Assembly (NCBI GenBank): GCA_964489835.1
Contig: CAZBBC010000001.1
Span: 5,517-69,516 of the forward strand
Source: an uncultured Calditrichota bacterium
Lineage (GTDB): Bacteria > Calditrichota > Calditrichia > JAJRVZ01
DNA: 64,000 nt
Direction: 5' to 3'
Positions within the stretch are counted from its first letter, which is position 1. Each line of letters opens with the position of its first letter. This document shows positions 54,626 to 64,000 of this stretch, piece after piece. Below the pieces are notes generated by a model that was not told where the DNA came from, did not search any database, and was given only the letters and a program-made list of their open reading frames with translations. The translations under genes and the position numbers were made by a program.

Positions 54626-57088
54626 ATGGCCACTGGTGAGAAAATTATTCCAACACTTATTGAAGATGAAATGCGTTCCTCGTATCTCGATTATTCCATG
54701 TCGGTAATTGTATCTCGGGCTCTGCCGGATGTACGGGACGGATTAAAACCTGTTCATCGTCGTATTTTGTTTGGAATGCGGGGATTAGGACTTAGCTATA
54801 ATCGCACGTATAAAAAAAGTGCCAGGATTGTTGGTGAGGTTTTGGGTAAATATCATCCACACGGAGATACGGCAGTTTATGATACCATGGTACGTATGAC
54901 CCAGGATTTTTCATTACGCTATCCATTAATAGATGGTCAGGGTAATTTTGGCTCAATCGATGGAGATTCGCCCGCGGCGATGCGTTATACTGAGGCGCGC
55001 ATGTCCCGGATCGCCGACGAGATGTTAAAAGATATTGATAAAAACACCGTTAATTTTACGAATAATTTTGATGATACCCTCGAAGAACCAACACTGCTTC
55101 CTGCAGTATTGCCAAATTTACTCATTAATGGTTCTTCTGGTATTGCGGTTGGTATGGCGACGAATATTCCACCCCACAATTTATCAGAAGTCGTTGATGG
55201 CATTCTAACATTGATTGAAAACCCGGATATAGAATCCGAAAAGCTGTTGCCCATTATTAAGGGGCCAGATTTTCCCACTGGTGGAATCATATTGGGATAT
55301 CAAGGTATCAAAGAAGCATATGCAACCGGGCGTGGTCGTGTGATTGTAAGAGCAAGGGCAAATATTGAGCTGACAAGTAATGATCGGGAAAGAATTATAA
55401 TTTCTGAGATTCCATATCAGGTTAATAAAACGAACTTAATAGAAAAAATCGTAGATCTTGTTCATAGTAAAAAAATTGACGGCATTTCTGATATACGTGA
55501 TGAATCTGACCGGGACGGATTACGCGTTGTAATCGAAATTAAACGAGATGCCAACGCAAAGTCGATATTAAATTCGCTTTACAAACATAGCCAGATGCAG
55601 ACAACCTTCGGTGTTATCATGCTAGCCCTGGTTAATGGTCAACCGAAAGTTTTGACTTTGCGAGAAACTCTTCAGCATTTTATTAATCATCGTCATGAAA
55701 TTGTTCTCAGGCGAACGAAATATGAACTTGAGGAAGCTGAAAAACGGGCCCATATTCTCGAAGGTCTGAAAATTGCCATTGATAATATTGATGAGATTAT
55801 TGATCTTATAAAAAAATCTCGTGATCCGGAAATGGCAAAAAAGAATCTTATCCGTCAGTTTAAACTAAGTGAGATTCAGGCAAAAGCAATATTAGATATG
55901 CGCCTGCAGCGACTTACCGGCCTGGAGAGGAATAAAATTGAAGAAGAATATAGGGAAATCCTTAAGCTTATCGAGAAATTACGCGCAATTTTAGATAACC
56001 GTGGGCTTCGGATGCAAATTATAAAGGATGAATTGATTGATATAAAAAAGACTTATGGCGATGAGCGTAGAACAGAAATAATTGCCAATTATGAAGAGAT
56101 GACGATTGAGGATATGATAGCCGAAGAAGATATGGTTATTACCATATCACATCGCGGTAATATTAAACGGTTTCCCGTTAGTGGCTACAGGCGTCAAAAT
56201 AGAGGCGGTCGCGGTTCTATGGGTGCAACAACCAGAGAAGAGGATTTTCTGGAACATATGTTTATTGCCAGCACGCACCACTATATCCTTTTCTTTACGA
56301 ACAGGGGCAGATGCTATTGGTTAAAAGTTCATGAAGTCCCCCAGGCGGGTAAAGCATCTCGGGGACGTCCGATCGTTAATTTGATCGATATTGAATCTGG
56401 AGAAAGTATTCGCGGTTTCGTGCCGGTAAAAAACTTTGATGAAAGTGGTTTTATCATAACGGCAACAATTTCCGGGATCGTCAAAAAAACGGATTTAAGT
56501 GCCTATTCCCGGCCAAGAAAAGGAGGAATTGTTGCTGCTACTATTCGTGAAAAGGATGAATTGCTCAGCGCCAGTATTTCCAGCGGAAACAATGATATCA
56601 TCCTTGTAACTCGCAATGGTTATTCCATTCGCTTTAACGAACGGCAAGTCCGGAATATGGGCCGCTCGGCCGCAGGTGTTAAAGGTATAACATTGCGTTC
56701 CGGCGATGAGGTAATTGGAATGGTCGTTGTCAAAAGAGAAGACACATTACTCACGATCTCTGAAAAGGGAATGGGCAAGCGAAGCAATGTAAGTGATTAT
56801 CGCACGCAATCGCGTGGTGGTAAAGGCATTATTGCAATGAAAGTGAATGATAAAACCGGTCATCTGGTAGCGGTTTTAGAAGTGGTCGACAATGAAGATA
56901 TCATTATTATAACTGAAAATGGCGTGGTTATTCGTCAACACATCGGAAAAATATCAGTTATTGGACGAAATACACAGGGTGTAAGACTTATCAAACTAGA
57001 CGACAAGGATAAAATTGGCGATGTGGCAAAAATTGTTCTAGGCAATGATAATAACAATAATGGAATAGAAGATAGTCACGAAGAATAA
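54626..57088 (+). CDS. gyrA: DNA gyrase subunit A
   Basis: The active-site Tyr region is [11 protein letters not shown] GyrA-box and the C-terminal β-pinwheel are present. 820 aa. Confidence 0.98.
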   Translation: MATGEKIIPTLIEDEMRSSYLDYSMSVIVSRALPDVRDGLKPVHRRILFGMRGLGLSYNRTYKKSARIVGEVLGKYHPHGDTAVYDTMVRMTQDFSLRYPLIDGQGNFGSIDGDSPAAMRYTEARMSRIADEMLKDIDKNTVNFTNNFDDTLEEPTLLPAVLPNLLINGSSGIAVGMATNIPPHNLSEVVDGILTLIENPDIESEKLLPIIKGPDFPTGGIILGYQGIKEAYATGRGRVIVRARANIELTSNDRERIIISEIPYQVNKTNLIEKIVDLVHSKKIDGISDIRDESDRDGLRVVIEIKRDANAKSILNSLYKHSQMQTTFGVIMLALVNGQPKVLTLRETLQHFINHRHEIVLRRTKYELEEAEKRAHILEGLKIAIDNIDEIIDLIKKSRDPEMAKKNLIRQFKLSEIQAKAILDMRLQRLTGLERNKIEEEYREILKLIEKLRAILDNRGLRMQIIKDELIDIKKTYGDERRTEIIANYEEMTIEDMIAEEDMVITISHRGNIKRFPVSGYRRQNRGGRGSMGATTREEDFLEHMFIASTHHYILFFTNRGRCYWLKVHEVPQAGKASRGRPIVNLIDIESGESIRGFVPVKNFDESGFIITATISGIVKKTDLSAYSRPRKGGIVAATIREKDELLSASISSGNNDIILVTRNGYSIRFNERQVRNMGRSAAGVKGITLRSGDEVIGMVVVKREDTLLTISEKGMGKRSNVSDYRTQSRGGKGIIAMKVNDKTGHLVAVLEVVDNEDIIIITENGVVIRQHIGKISVIGRNTQGVRLIKLDDKDKIGDVAKIVLGNDNNNNGIEDSHEE

Positions 57089-57127
57089 AGACGTTAATTT
57101 GAATTATTTATCTCTACGGAGGCTGAA

Positions 57128-57754
57128 ATGAAGAAAATTTCAGATTCAACCATAAGCCGTCTGTCAAAATATTACCGAACTTTAGGACGCCTGATCGAAA
57201 AAAAGGTAAAAACAGTTTCTTCTGATGAAATAGCAGAAATTGATGGTGTCACCTCGGCTCAGGTACGTAAAGATCTTTCATTTTTCGGGACTTTTGGAAA
57301 AAGAGGGTTAGGGTATAACACCCTTGATTTACAAAACAATATCGGAACTATTCTTGGTCTATATAAAAAATGGAACGTTGCTTTAGTTGGTATTGGTAAC
57401 ATTGGCCGTGCATTAGTCGACTACCAGGAATTCTCAAAACAAGGTTTTATTATTCAATTATTACTGGATGATGATGAGAAAAAAATTGGAACGAGTATGG
57501 GTGAATTAGAAATAAAACCATTTGCAGATGCCGCAGAAAATCTTAAAGAGGAAAAAATACAGATTGCTATTGTCGCGGTTCCGGCTAATGTTGCGCAAGG
57601 GGTTGTGAATAAATTAACAGACGCCGGGGTGAAAGCGATACTAAATTTTGCACCACTTAGCCTTAAAGTGCCGGAAGATGTAATGATTAAAAATGAGAAT
57701 ATGTCAATAGAACTTGAGGCACTCTCCTATTTTCTAACAAATCGCGGAAAATAA
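57128..57754 (+). CDS. rex: redox-sensing transcriptional repressor Rex
   Basis: A winged-helix N-terminus (SRLSKYYR) and a Rossmann NADH-binding motif (GIGNIGRAL) are present. 208 aa. Confidence 0.88.
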   Translation: MKKISDSTISRLSKYYRTLGRLIEKKVKTVSSDEIAEIDGVTSAQVRKDLSFFGTFGKRGLGYNTLDLQNNIGTILGLYKKWNVALVGIGNIGRALVDYQEFSKQGFIIQLLLDDDEKKIGTSMGELEIKPFADAAENLKEEKIQIAIVAVPANVAQGVVNKLTDAGVKAILNFAPLSLKVPEDVMIKNENMSIELEALSYFLTNRGK

Positions 57755-57756
57755 GA

Positions 57757-57792
57757 AAGGCAGAACACTTAATCGGTTCTGCCTTAATATCG
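57757..57792. terminator. bidirectional hairpin aggcagaac…gttctgcct between rex (+) and the convergent TPR gene (−)
   Basis: A 9-bp stem with a 9-nt loop and A/T-rich flanks. Confidence 0.55.
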
Positions 57793-57805
57793 AAATAAAA
57801 ATTTA

Positions 57806-58891
57806 TTATTCGCCCTGAAGATCTTTTGATCGTTTAAAAGCTTCTTCGGCCTTCTTTTTGTCTCCCATTTTTGCATATAAAAAGCTGAGATTTTGCCATA
57901 CCGAGGATGAATCAGGGAAAATCTCAACACCCTGTTCAAGCAATTCTTTTGCCCGTTCAAATTCTCCCAGTTGCAGTAAGAGGGTACCTAAAAGATCATA
58001 TACTTCTTTAATGTTTGGGTCCAATTTTTGTGCTTTTTCAAAATATAAAACGGACTCTTTCATAAATTCTTTCTTTTTAGTTTCATCTTTTTCTGAACCC
58101 GTTGCCTTTTTAAATAAAAGTAATCCGAGGTTAAAGGGAATCGCTTTCTCATCCGGAACTCTTTCGGAAGCTATCTTATAGGCCTCAATGGCTTCATCTT
58201 TTTTGTCACCCAAATCTAAGCTTTCTGCATATCGTATCAAACATTCTGAATCATTCGGATTAACTTCAAGACCTTTTTTAAACTGTTCAGCAGACAAGAT
58301 AAATTCCTTCTTACGTTGATAATAATACCCCAGATCAGTCCAAGCGACTACCGTGTCTGGTTCCGCTTCAGCGGCAGCTTGTAAGAATTTTAGAGAATTT
58401 TCATCATCGTTTTTGAATTGATAGGCGATAGCAATAAGGCGGTTTGCCATATAGTCATTCTCAATATATAATATATTTTTAAAATTCTCGATAACATCAT
58501 CAAGTTTTTTAACTGCTTCGGGACTTTGTTTGTCCTCTATTTTAATCATTGCATTGTAGGTGGACACACCATCATTGTAAAATTTGTTATAGTAACTTTT
58601 TTTTGTTTGTTCAATTTGGACCTGAAAAGTATTTTTAATTGCCAAGGATTTATTAAAGGATGCCACCATTTCCTTCATCATACTTTTTCGTCCCTGAATT
58701 TCACCGAGATAATACCAGGCCTCTTCGTTTTCCGGGTATTTTTCAGTAGCGGTTATAACCTCTGTATAAGCATTATCATATCTTCCTGCATTGTAATCAA
58801 TAACTGCCTGTTCAAGTTCCGGTGGACGACAACCATTTAAAAGCAGGATAAAAGAAAATAAAAAAGCAAAAAATACAATATACAATCTCAT
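57806..58891 (-). CDS. TPR-repeat lipoprotein
   Basis: The signal/lipobox is LLLNGC. TPR-like repeats run throughout. Confidence 0.6.
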   Translation of the reverse strand: MRLYIVFFAFLFSFILLLNGCRPPELEQAVIDYNAGRYDNAYTEVITATEKYPENEEAWYYLGEIQGRKSMMKEMVASFNKSLAIKNTFQVQIEQTKKSYYNKFYNDGVSTYNAMIKIEDKQSPEAVKKLDDVIENFKNILYIENDYMANRLIAIAYQFKNDDENSLKFLQAAAEAEPDTVVAWTDLGYYYQRKKEFILSAEQFKKGLEVNPNDSECLIRYAESLDLGDKKDEAIEAYKIASERVPDEKAIPFNLGLLLFKKATGSEKDETKKKEFMKESVLYFEKAQKLDPNIKEVYDLLGTLLLQLGEFERAKELLEQGVEIFPDSSSVWQNLSFLYAKMGDKKKAEEAFKRSKDLQGE

Positions 58892-59029
58892 CTTTTCTCC
58901 TTATAAAATTAATTGATTATTGTTGTACTTGTGGTCTATTTGTAATGTATCTCTTAAGCATTTGTTGACCTGACTAATTCATAAAAATTTATGTTTAAGC
59001 GTATTTGTAACATATAATCAACAATTTAA

Positions 59030-59126
59030 TTCCCCCTTACTAAAGAGGGTTAGGGGGTTGTTTTAAACGTAATATTTTGAAATATGTCAATGATTTACAT
59101 CCCCTTAGTCCCCTTTTTTAAGGGGA
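59030..59126. other. pair of G/C-tract hairpins (ccccct…aggggg and cccctt-tttt-aagggg) in an otherwise AT-rich spacer
   Basis: Read directly from the sequence. A CCCCTTA(C/G)T motif occurs twice. Function unknown. Confidence 0.4.
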
Positions 59127-59175
59127 AACTTTATTGTCGCTATTTGATAAATCTAAAATTCATGAATAATTCAGG

Positions 59176-60225
59176 TTAAGTATTAGTATTAAAAATCTTT
59201 GATATTTGTTTTTTTATTGGTTTATTAATGATGCCCTTTTCTGTTATTATACCGCTTAATAAATCCGATGGCGTTATATCAAATGCCGGATTATATACAT
59301 CCGCAATATCCAATAAGTTATCATTATAACGATAAATATGCAAAATTTCTTGTGAATTTCTTAGTTCAATTTCTATTTCATCTCCTGATTTTAAAGAAAG
59401 GTCAAATGTAGAGCAGGGAGCAACTGCGTAACATGGAATACCATGAAACCGGGCCAGAACCGCCAAACTGTAAGATCCGATCTTATTAGCCACATCTCCG
59501 TTTTTGGTAATTCTGTCGGCACCAAAAAGTACAAGATCAATTTTTTCGTCTTTCATTAAAGATCCGGCCGCACTATCTGTTATAAGCGTGCAGGGAACAT
59601 CATTATGCATTAACTCCCAAAATGTCAATCGGGCACCTTGTCCAACCGGCCGTGTTTCGTCAACATATACATGGATATTATAATTTTGTTGACGGGCAGC
59701 ATAGATGACACCAAGGGCCGTGCCCCATCCACCGGTAGCTAGACTTCCTGTATTGCAATGTGTTAATATATTCGCCGGATTTGGAACGATTGCCAAGCCA
59801 TTATAACCAATCTGATGACAAGCCTCCTTATCTTCCAAATGAATTTTAATCGCCTCAGATTTGAGTAAACTGATAATTTTGACCAGCGGCAGATGACAAT
59901 TGGAGTAATAAACAGATTGCATGCGTTTGATCGCCCACCCTAGATTAACAGCCGTAGGACGACTCTGATAAAGAATCTGACAGGATTTATCCATTGATTT
60001 TTTAAAAGTATCGTAATTTTTATCTGTTAATTGATTTGCTGCAAGAGAAATGGCATAGGCCGCACATATACCGATCGCCGGGGCACCACGAACTCTTAAA
60101 TATTTTATCGCTTCGACGCATTGATCAACAGAAGATATTGCCAAATACTTTAATTGTTGAGGAAGAAGGGTTTGATCAATAATGGTCAATTGATCATTAT
60201 TGAAAATAATGGCGGGTGTATGCAT
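59176..60225 (-). CDS. mtnA: methylthioribose-1-phosphate isomerase family (eIF-2B α/β/δ-like) protein
   Basis: The motif GAPAIGICAAY and the C-terminal DxxL…GAD pattern fit. The product is 349 aa. A ribose-1,5-bisphosphate isomerase paralogue cannot be excluded. Confidence 0.7.
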   Translation of the reverse strand: MHTPAIIFNNDQLTIIDQTLLPQQLKYLAISSVDQCVEAIKYLRVRGAPAIGICAAYAISLAANQLTDKNYDTFKKSMDKSCQILYQSRPTAVNLGWAIKRMQSVYYSNCHLPLVKIISLLKSEAIKIHLEDKEACHQIGYNGLAIVPNPANILTHCNTGSLATGGWGTALGVIYAARQQNYNIHVYVDETRPVGQGARLTFWELMHNDVPCTLITDSAAGSLMKDEKIDLVLFGADRITKNGDVANKIGSYSLAVLARFHGIPCYAVAPCSTFDLSLKSGDEIEIELRNSQEILHIYRYNDNLLDIADVYNPAFDITPSDLLSGIITEKGIINKPIKKQISKIFNTNT

Positions 60226-60426
60226 AATAGTACCGGATTAATATAAATATAAGCTAATCACTCCTTTATAAAATATCAAGAAAATGAGGAGATAAAGAAT
60301 ATTAATAATCATGTATTCTGATTCTCGGTTTTTCACCATTCACATGCCTTCGTTCTTGATAATATCTTCAAAGACACAGTATTAAAAAGAAATTGTTCAT
60401 CACAGCATTAATATGTAAATTTTTAT

Positions 60427-61410
60427 ATGGCAAAAGAATTTAAGAATATTTTGTTCCTTGTATTCATCTTATTTCTTGGGGGGACCATAGGGTATTCTCT
60501 GATAGAGGACTGGACAATTCTAGATTCTTTATACATGACCGTGATTACACTTTCGACCACCGGATTTAAAGAAATATATCCATTATCGATCACCGGTCGT
60601 ATATTCACAATGGTTTTAATCATTTTTGGTATTTCTATCCTTTTCTATGCGTTGAGTGAAATAAATATGGTGCTATTTAAAGGAAAATATTTTCAGGAAA
60701 AAAAAATGCAAAAAAAAATCAATCATTTAGAGAACCATTATATTGTTTGTGGGTTTGGCCGGATGGGTAAAAAAATTACCCAGGAACTTCATAAACGCAA
60801 TAAACAATTTGTGGTTATAGAAAAAAAAATTGATGATCTGGAGCAATTTGAAAATTGCTGTATTATCAATGGTGATGCAACGGAAGATGATATTTTATTG
60901 CAAGCCGGCATAGAAAGAGCAATGGGTTTAGTTTCCGTGCTTAGTACAGATATTGCTAACACGTTCACAACACTCAGCGCCAGAGGGCTAAATCCCAATT
61001 TGAAAATCATTGCCCGTGCTGAAGACGAAAGTTCAAAGGGAAAACTATTAAAAGCCGGGGCGAGCCGGGTTATTCTGCCATACGAAATTGGGGGTTTTCG
61101 AATAACCCAAGCCCTGCTAAAGCCAACCGTGGTAGATTATATTGATGAAGTTTTTTCACGATCAGATATTGGGTTGGAAATTGAGGAAGTTAAAATAATG
61201 GCCGGGTCATCACTGATTGAAAAAACACTGGCGGAATCTGAAATAAGAAATGCCTTTAATATAATTATCATTGGAATATATAGACAGGATGGTGATCTTA
61301 TATATAATCCCCGTTCTGACGCAAAGCTTATCACGAATGACAACTTAATTGTGATTGGGGAAAGAGAGAAACTGGAGAAACTTCAGAGAATTGCCAATGC
61401 GAAAAATTAG
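60427..61410 (+). CDS. two-TM pore-loop cation channel with RCK (TrkA-N/TrkA-C) domains
   Basis: The TM1–pore–TM2 region has pore sequence TLSTTGFKE. It is followed by a Rossmann motif GFGRMGK and a TrkA-C domain. Confidence 0.75.
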   Translation: MAKEFKNILFLVFILFLGGTIGYSLIEDWTILDSLYMTVITLSTTGFKEIYPLSITGRIFTMVLIIFGISILFYALSEINMVLFKGKYFQEKKMQKKINHLENHYIVCGFGRMGKKITQELHKRNKQFVVIEKKIDDLEQFENCCIINGDATEDDILLQAGIERAMGLVSVLSTDIANTFTTLSARGLNPNLKIIARAEDESSKGKLLKAGASRVILPYEIGGFRITQALLKPTVVDYIDEVFSRSDIGLEIEEVKIMAGSSLIEKTLAESEIRNAFNIIIIGIYRQDGDLIYNPRSDAKLITNDNLIVIGEREKLEKLQRIANAKN

Positions 61411-62191
61411 TTTTTTATTGTTTCCGGCCATTTTTTTCGCAACACAGCCGCAGATTTCATTCAATCAGGAAGAATTTATATCCCGTGTGAAAACAATTTA
61501 TCACTCATTATCTCTCAAGGGATTGGATAATTTTTCGTGCTGGGTCACATCAAATATTTTTCTGGAAAAGACCAAAGGTTTTTTTAATGAAGAAGAATTT
61601 CCCTTTGAAATTATTTGGAAAAGTCCCAACAAACTGTTTTATATAAAAAGAGCCATTCCCAGTCTGACAGTCCCAGAAAATCAAAAACAGGTTGAACAGA
61701 TAAAGATGGATCTTTTACAAGAACTGAAAGGTTTGCTCATTGACTGGCAGCGATTTTATGCAGGAAATGTCCTTGATGATCTGCCCGAAACGCATTTAAT
61801 ATATTCTAATAGGGATACGGCGTTTATTCAGTATCAGAAATATGACAGTGGTAAAAATTTGAAGATTAAGATGCTTTTTGGTGTAAATGGTCTATTAATG
61901 AAAATAATAACAATTTATCCGGATACCCGGGAAGAAATATATATTTATCCGGGATACCTTCTTGTTGAGGATAAATGGCTTTGTGATAAATGGATGGTTC
62001 AAATGCTAAAAAATGGACAGGTAGAAGGTGGCTTTACAGTTAAATTAGAGTCAAGAAAATTTGATAAATATTGGATACCGGTTAGGATATTAATGCAGCT
62101 GCAGAAAAAGGAATATAATACCAAATTATTTATCCGTGATTATAAACTAAGAAATATTATATTAAACAAAGAAATAAAAATATTACAGTAG
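61397..62191 (+). CDS. hypothetical secreted protein
   Basis: The signal peptide starts at the internal ATG 61397 (MRKISFLLFPAIFFA). No recognisable domains. Confidence 0.45.
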   Translation: MRKISFLLFPAIFFATQPQISFNQEEFISRVKTIYHSLSLKGLDNFSCWVTSNIFLEKTKGFFNEEEFPFEIIWKSPNKLFYIKRAIPSLTVPENQKQVEQIKMDLLQELKGLLIDWQRFYAGNVLDDLPETHLIYSNRDTAFIQYQKYDSGKNLKIKMLFGVNGLLMKIITIYPDTREEIYIYPGYLLVEDKWLCDKWMVQMLKNGQVEGGFTVKLESRKFDKYWIPVRILMQLQKKEYNTKLFIRDYKLRNIILNKEIKILQ

Positions 62192-62199
62192 CGAAAAGA

Positions 62200-62448
62200 T
62201 CATGTAGTATAAATTATTTTTTTTAATTCACGGGCAAGCTTTTCCGGATATGATTTTTCTGAAGACCGGTGTTTAATAATTTCTTTAAGTTTTTTCTCGA
62301 ATTCAATTTTTTTATCACAGGGCAAACAATAGCTTAAATGATCTTCGAATAATAGTATTTCTTTATCGGATAATTTACCGTCCAAATAAGCCTGTACGCT
62401 TTTTTCAATATCTGAACAATCGAATTTTTTTATATTAGTCTTTTTCAT
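62200..62448 (-). CDS. zinc-finger (zf-HC2) anti-sigma factor
   Basis: The motif H-x3-C-x2-C reads HLSYCLPC. The gene is 82 aa and overlaps the 3' end of the ECF sigma gene. Confidence 0.6.
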   Translation of the reverse strand: MKKTNIKKFDCSDIEKSVQAYLDGKLSDKEILLFEDHLSYCLPCDKKIEFEKKLKEIIKHRSSEKSYPEKLARELKKIIYTT

Positions 62449-63031
62449 TGACTAAATACCCCCTTTTTTTAGCATAATTCCATAGATATCTCTGAAGTAA
62501 TTTTCTTCCCCGGTATAAACGAGACATAACAGTTCCAAGGGGCGCATCAATAATCTTGGCAATTTCATTATATGAAAAACCTTCGACATCGCAAAGCAAG
62601 ACCACTAAACGGAATTGATACGGCAAGTTTTCTAAAGCATCTTTCACATCATCCTCAAAAAAGTTTTCCAGAAAATCTTCTTTTGCTGTTTCCTGTAAAC
62701 TAATAGATTCGTCTAATTTTTTGTAAAGATAAAATTCTTCCAGATCATCATAACTTACTTTTTGAGGTTGTCGAATAGCCTTGCGATAGGCAGTAATATA
62801 TGTATTGACCAATATACGGAATGCCCAGGCCCTGAAATTGGTGTTTTTCTGATATTGATCAAAAGCACGAAATGCTTTAAATAATGTATCCTGAACCAGA
62901 TCTTCCGCATCATTCTGATTATGTGTCATTCTGAGAGCGGTACTATAAAGAGAGCTTAAATGCGGCTCTGTCAATAATTCGAACTCAATTTGTCGTGCTG
63001 TTGGCAAATAATTTCCTTTATTATTTTTCAA
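62435..63031 (-). CDS. ECF-type RNA polymerase sigma-70 factor
   Basis: Region 2 reads DAEDLVQDTLFKAFRAF. Region 4 has a helix-turn-helix (YNEIAKIIDAPLGTVMSRLYRGRKLL). Confidence 0.85.
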   Translation of the reverse strand: MKNNKGNYLPTARQIEFELLTEPHLSSLYSTALRMTHNQNDAEDLVQDTLFKAFRAFDQYQKNTNFRAWAFRILVNTYITAYRKAIRQPQKVSYDDLEEFYLYKKLDESISLQETAKEDFLENFFEDDVKDALENLPYQFRLVVLLCDVEGFSYNEIAKIIDAPLGTVMSRLYRGRKLLQRYLWNYAKKRGYLVNEKD

Positions 63032-63090
63032 AATAAACGCTGATTTTAAATAATCTTAAATACTTTGTCAAGCCAAAAGTCTTCCGGGCT

Positions 63091-64000
63091 TTAAGCATTT
63101 TTTAAAAGTATTCGGAAAGTTGATCCTTTACCGATGCGGGTTTCTGTAATAATAATTTTTCCGCCATGGTAATCTTCGATTATTCTTTTCGCTAAACTCA
63201 ATCCCAGACCCCATCCTCTTGTTTTTGTGCTAAATCCGGGTTTGAAAATATCGGTTTTATCTCTGGTGTTTATTCCTTTGCCCGTATCCGAGACATCAAC
63301 AGAAATAAAATTATTGTCTTCATCTTGAAGAGAGATTTCAATCACACCACCTTTGCTTTCGATGGCATCAATAGCGTTTTTTAATAAATTTTCAATTACC
63401 CATTCAAAAAGTTCACCGTTAAGTTTTACCACCGGAGATATGGTATAATTTTCCTTGATCGTAATTTTCTTCTCGAGCCGGGGCAATCGTTTCCTGAAAT
63501 AGATAACGACATTTTCCAAGATATCGACAATATTGGTTTCCTTGAGCGTTGGCACAGAACCAATCTGCGAAAAACGGAGCGCAATTTTACCGAGTCTTTT
63601 AGTATCTATTTCCATTTCACTTAAAGCTAGCTCCATCTTTTTTGGATTGTCTTTTAACAATTCTACCCAGCCCTGGATTGAAGAAAGCGGAGTACCAAGC
63701 TGGTGTGCTGTTTCTTTTGCCATACCTACCCAAATATATCTCTGCTCACTCTTTTTTATCTGAGAAAATCCTACATAGCCGATTAAAATAAAAAGAATAG
63801 CAGCCGTTATTTCAATATAGGGCAACCAACGCAATTTCATAATGATTGGTGATACACCATAGTGATAATATCCTAAAATAATATTTTTATAGAATATTGG
63901 AATTGGAGGATTTTCAGCGTCAAGATCATCAATATCTTTTTGAAGAAAACTGGAAATCTCCGGTGTGAAAACCCTAAGAGAATCATAAGCGGCATCAATA
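63091..64000 (-). CDS. sensor histidine kinase (5'-partial; continues beyond the window end)
   Basis: A HisKA H-box reads ETAHQLGTPLSSIQGW. HATPase_c N, G1 and G2 motifs are present. The reading frame stays open upstream of the listed ATG through base 64000, with TM-like sequence. Confidence 0.8.
   Translation of the reverse strand, partial: IDAAYDSLRVFTPEISSFLQKDIDDLDAENPPIPIFYKNIILGYYHYGVSPIIMKLRWLPYIEITAAILFILIGYVGFSQIKKSEQRYIWVGMAKETAHQLGTPLSSIQGWVELLKDNPKKMELALSEMEIDTKRLGKIALRFSQIGSVPTLKETNIVDILENVVIYFRKRLPRLEKKITIKENYTISPVVKLNGELFEWVIENLLKNAIDAIESKGGVIEISLQDEDNNFISVDVSDTGKGINTRDKTDIFKPGFSTKTRGWGLGLSLAKRIIEDYHGGKIIITETRIGKGSTFRILLKNA

Overview
This looks like a chromosomal replication-origin neighbourhood from a low-GC, LPS-bearing (Gram-negative-type) bacterium, possibly of the FCB superphylum; no organism can be assigned from sequence alone. 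The core is a conserved origin block. On the minus strand: rpmH, rnpA, yidD, yidC, mnmE, mnmG, rsmG and murQ. On the plus strand: a SAM methyltransferase, an AT-rich DnaA-box region with no adjacent dnaA, then dnaN, recF, a DUF721/DciA-like gene, gyrB, gyrA and rex. Upstream of this block are housekeeping genes. They are serC, hflK/hflC, glyA, rpiB, tatC, a polyprenyl synthetase, the LPS-core genes waaA and a GT9 heptosyltransferase, glgA, and a TPR / outer-membrane β-barrel / lipoprotein cluster. A ~14 kb glycan-degradation locus lies at 26.0–40.5 kb. It carries two GH38 α-mannosidase-family genes, two large secreted proteins of uncertain glycoside-hydrolase family, a CE4-type deacetylase, an SGNH hydrolase and an esterase. 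The downstream end carries an MtnA-family isomerase, an RCK-domain K+ channel, an ECF sigma factor / anti-sigma pair and a partial histidine kinase. I found no rRNA, tRNA, CRISPR array, transposase or integrase. The less ordinary signals are all in intergenic DNA. One is a family of palindromic intergenic repeats anchored by CCAC…GTGG stems (core AACCACAAAG), with a compensatory base-pair change between copies. Another is a 17–19 nt motif, TTATCCAC(G/A)GATTATCCGT, which contains a DnaA-box consensus and occurs at three separate sites upstream of genes. A third is a five-unit tandem array of GTGAAATTC. The last are two G/C-tract hairpins in an otherwise AT-rich spacer. No complete novel multi-gene system, such as a defence island, can be supported from this sequence. 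Candidates I considered are listed with their caveats.
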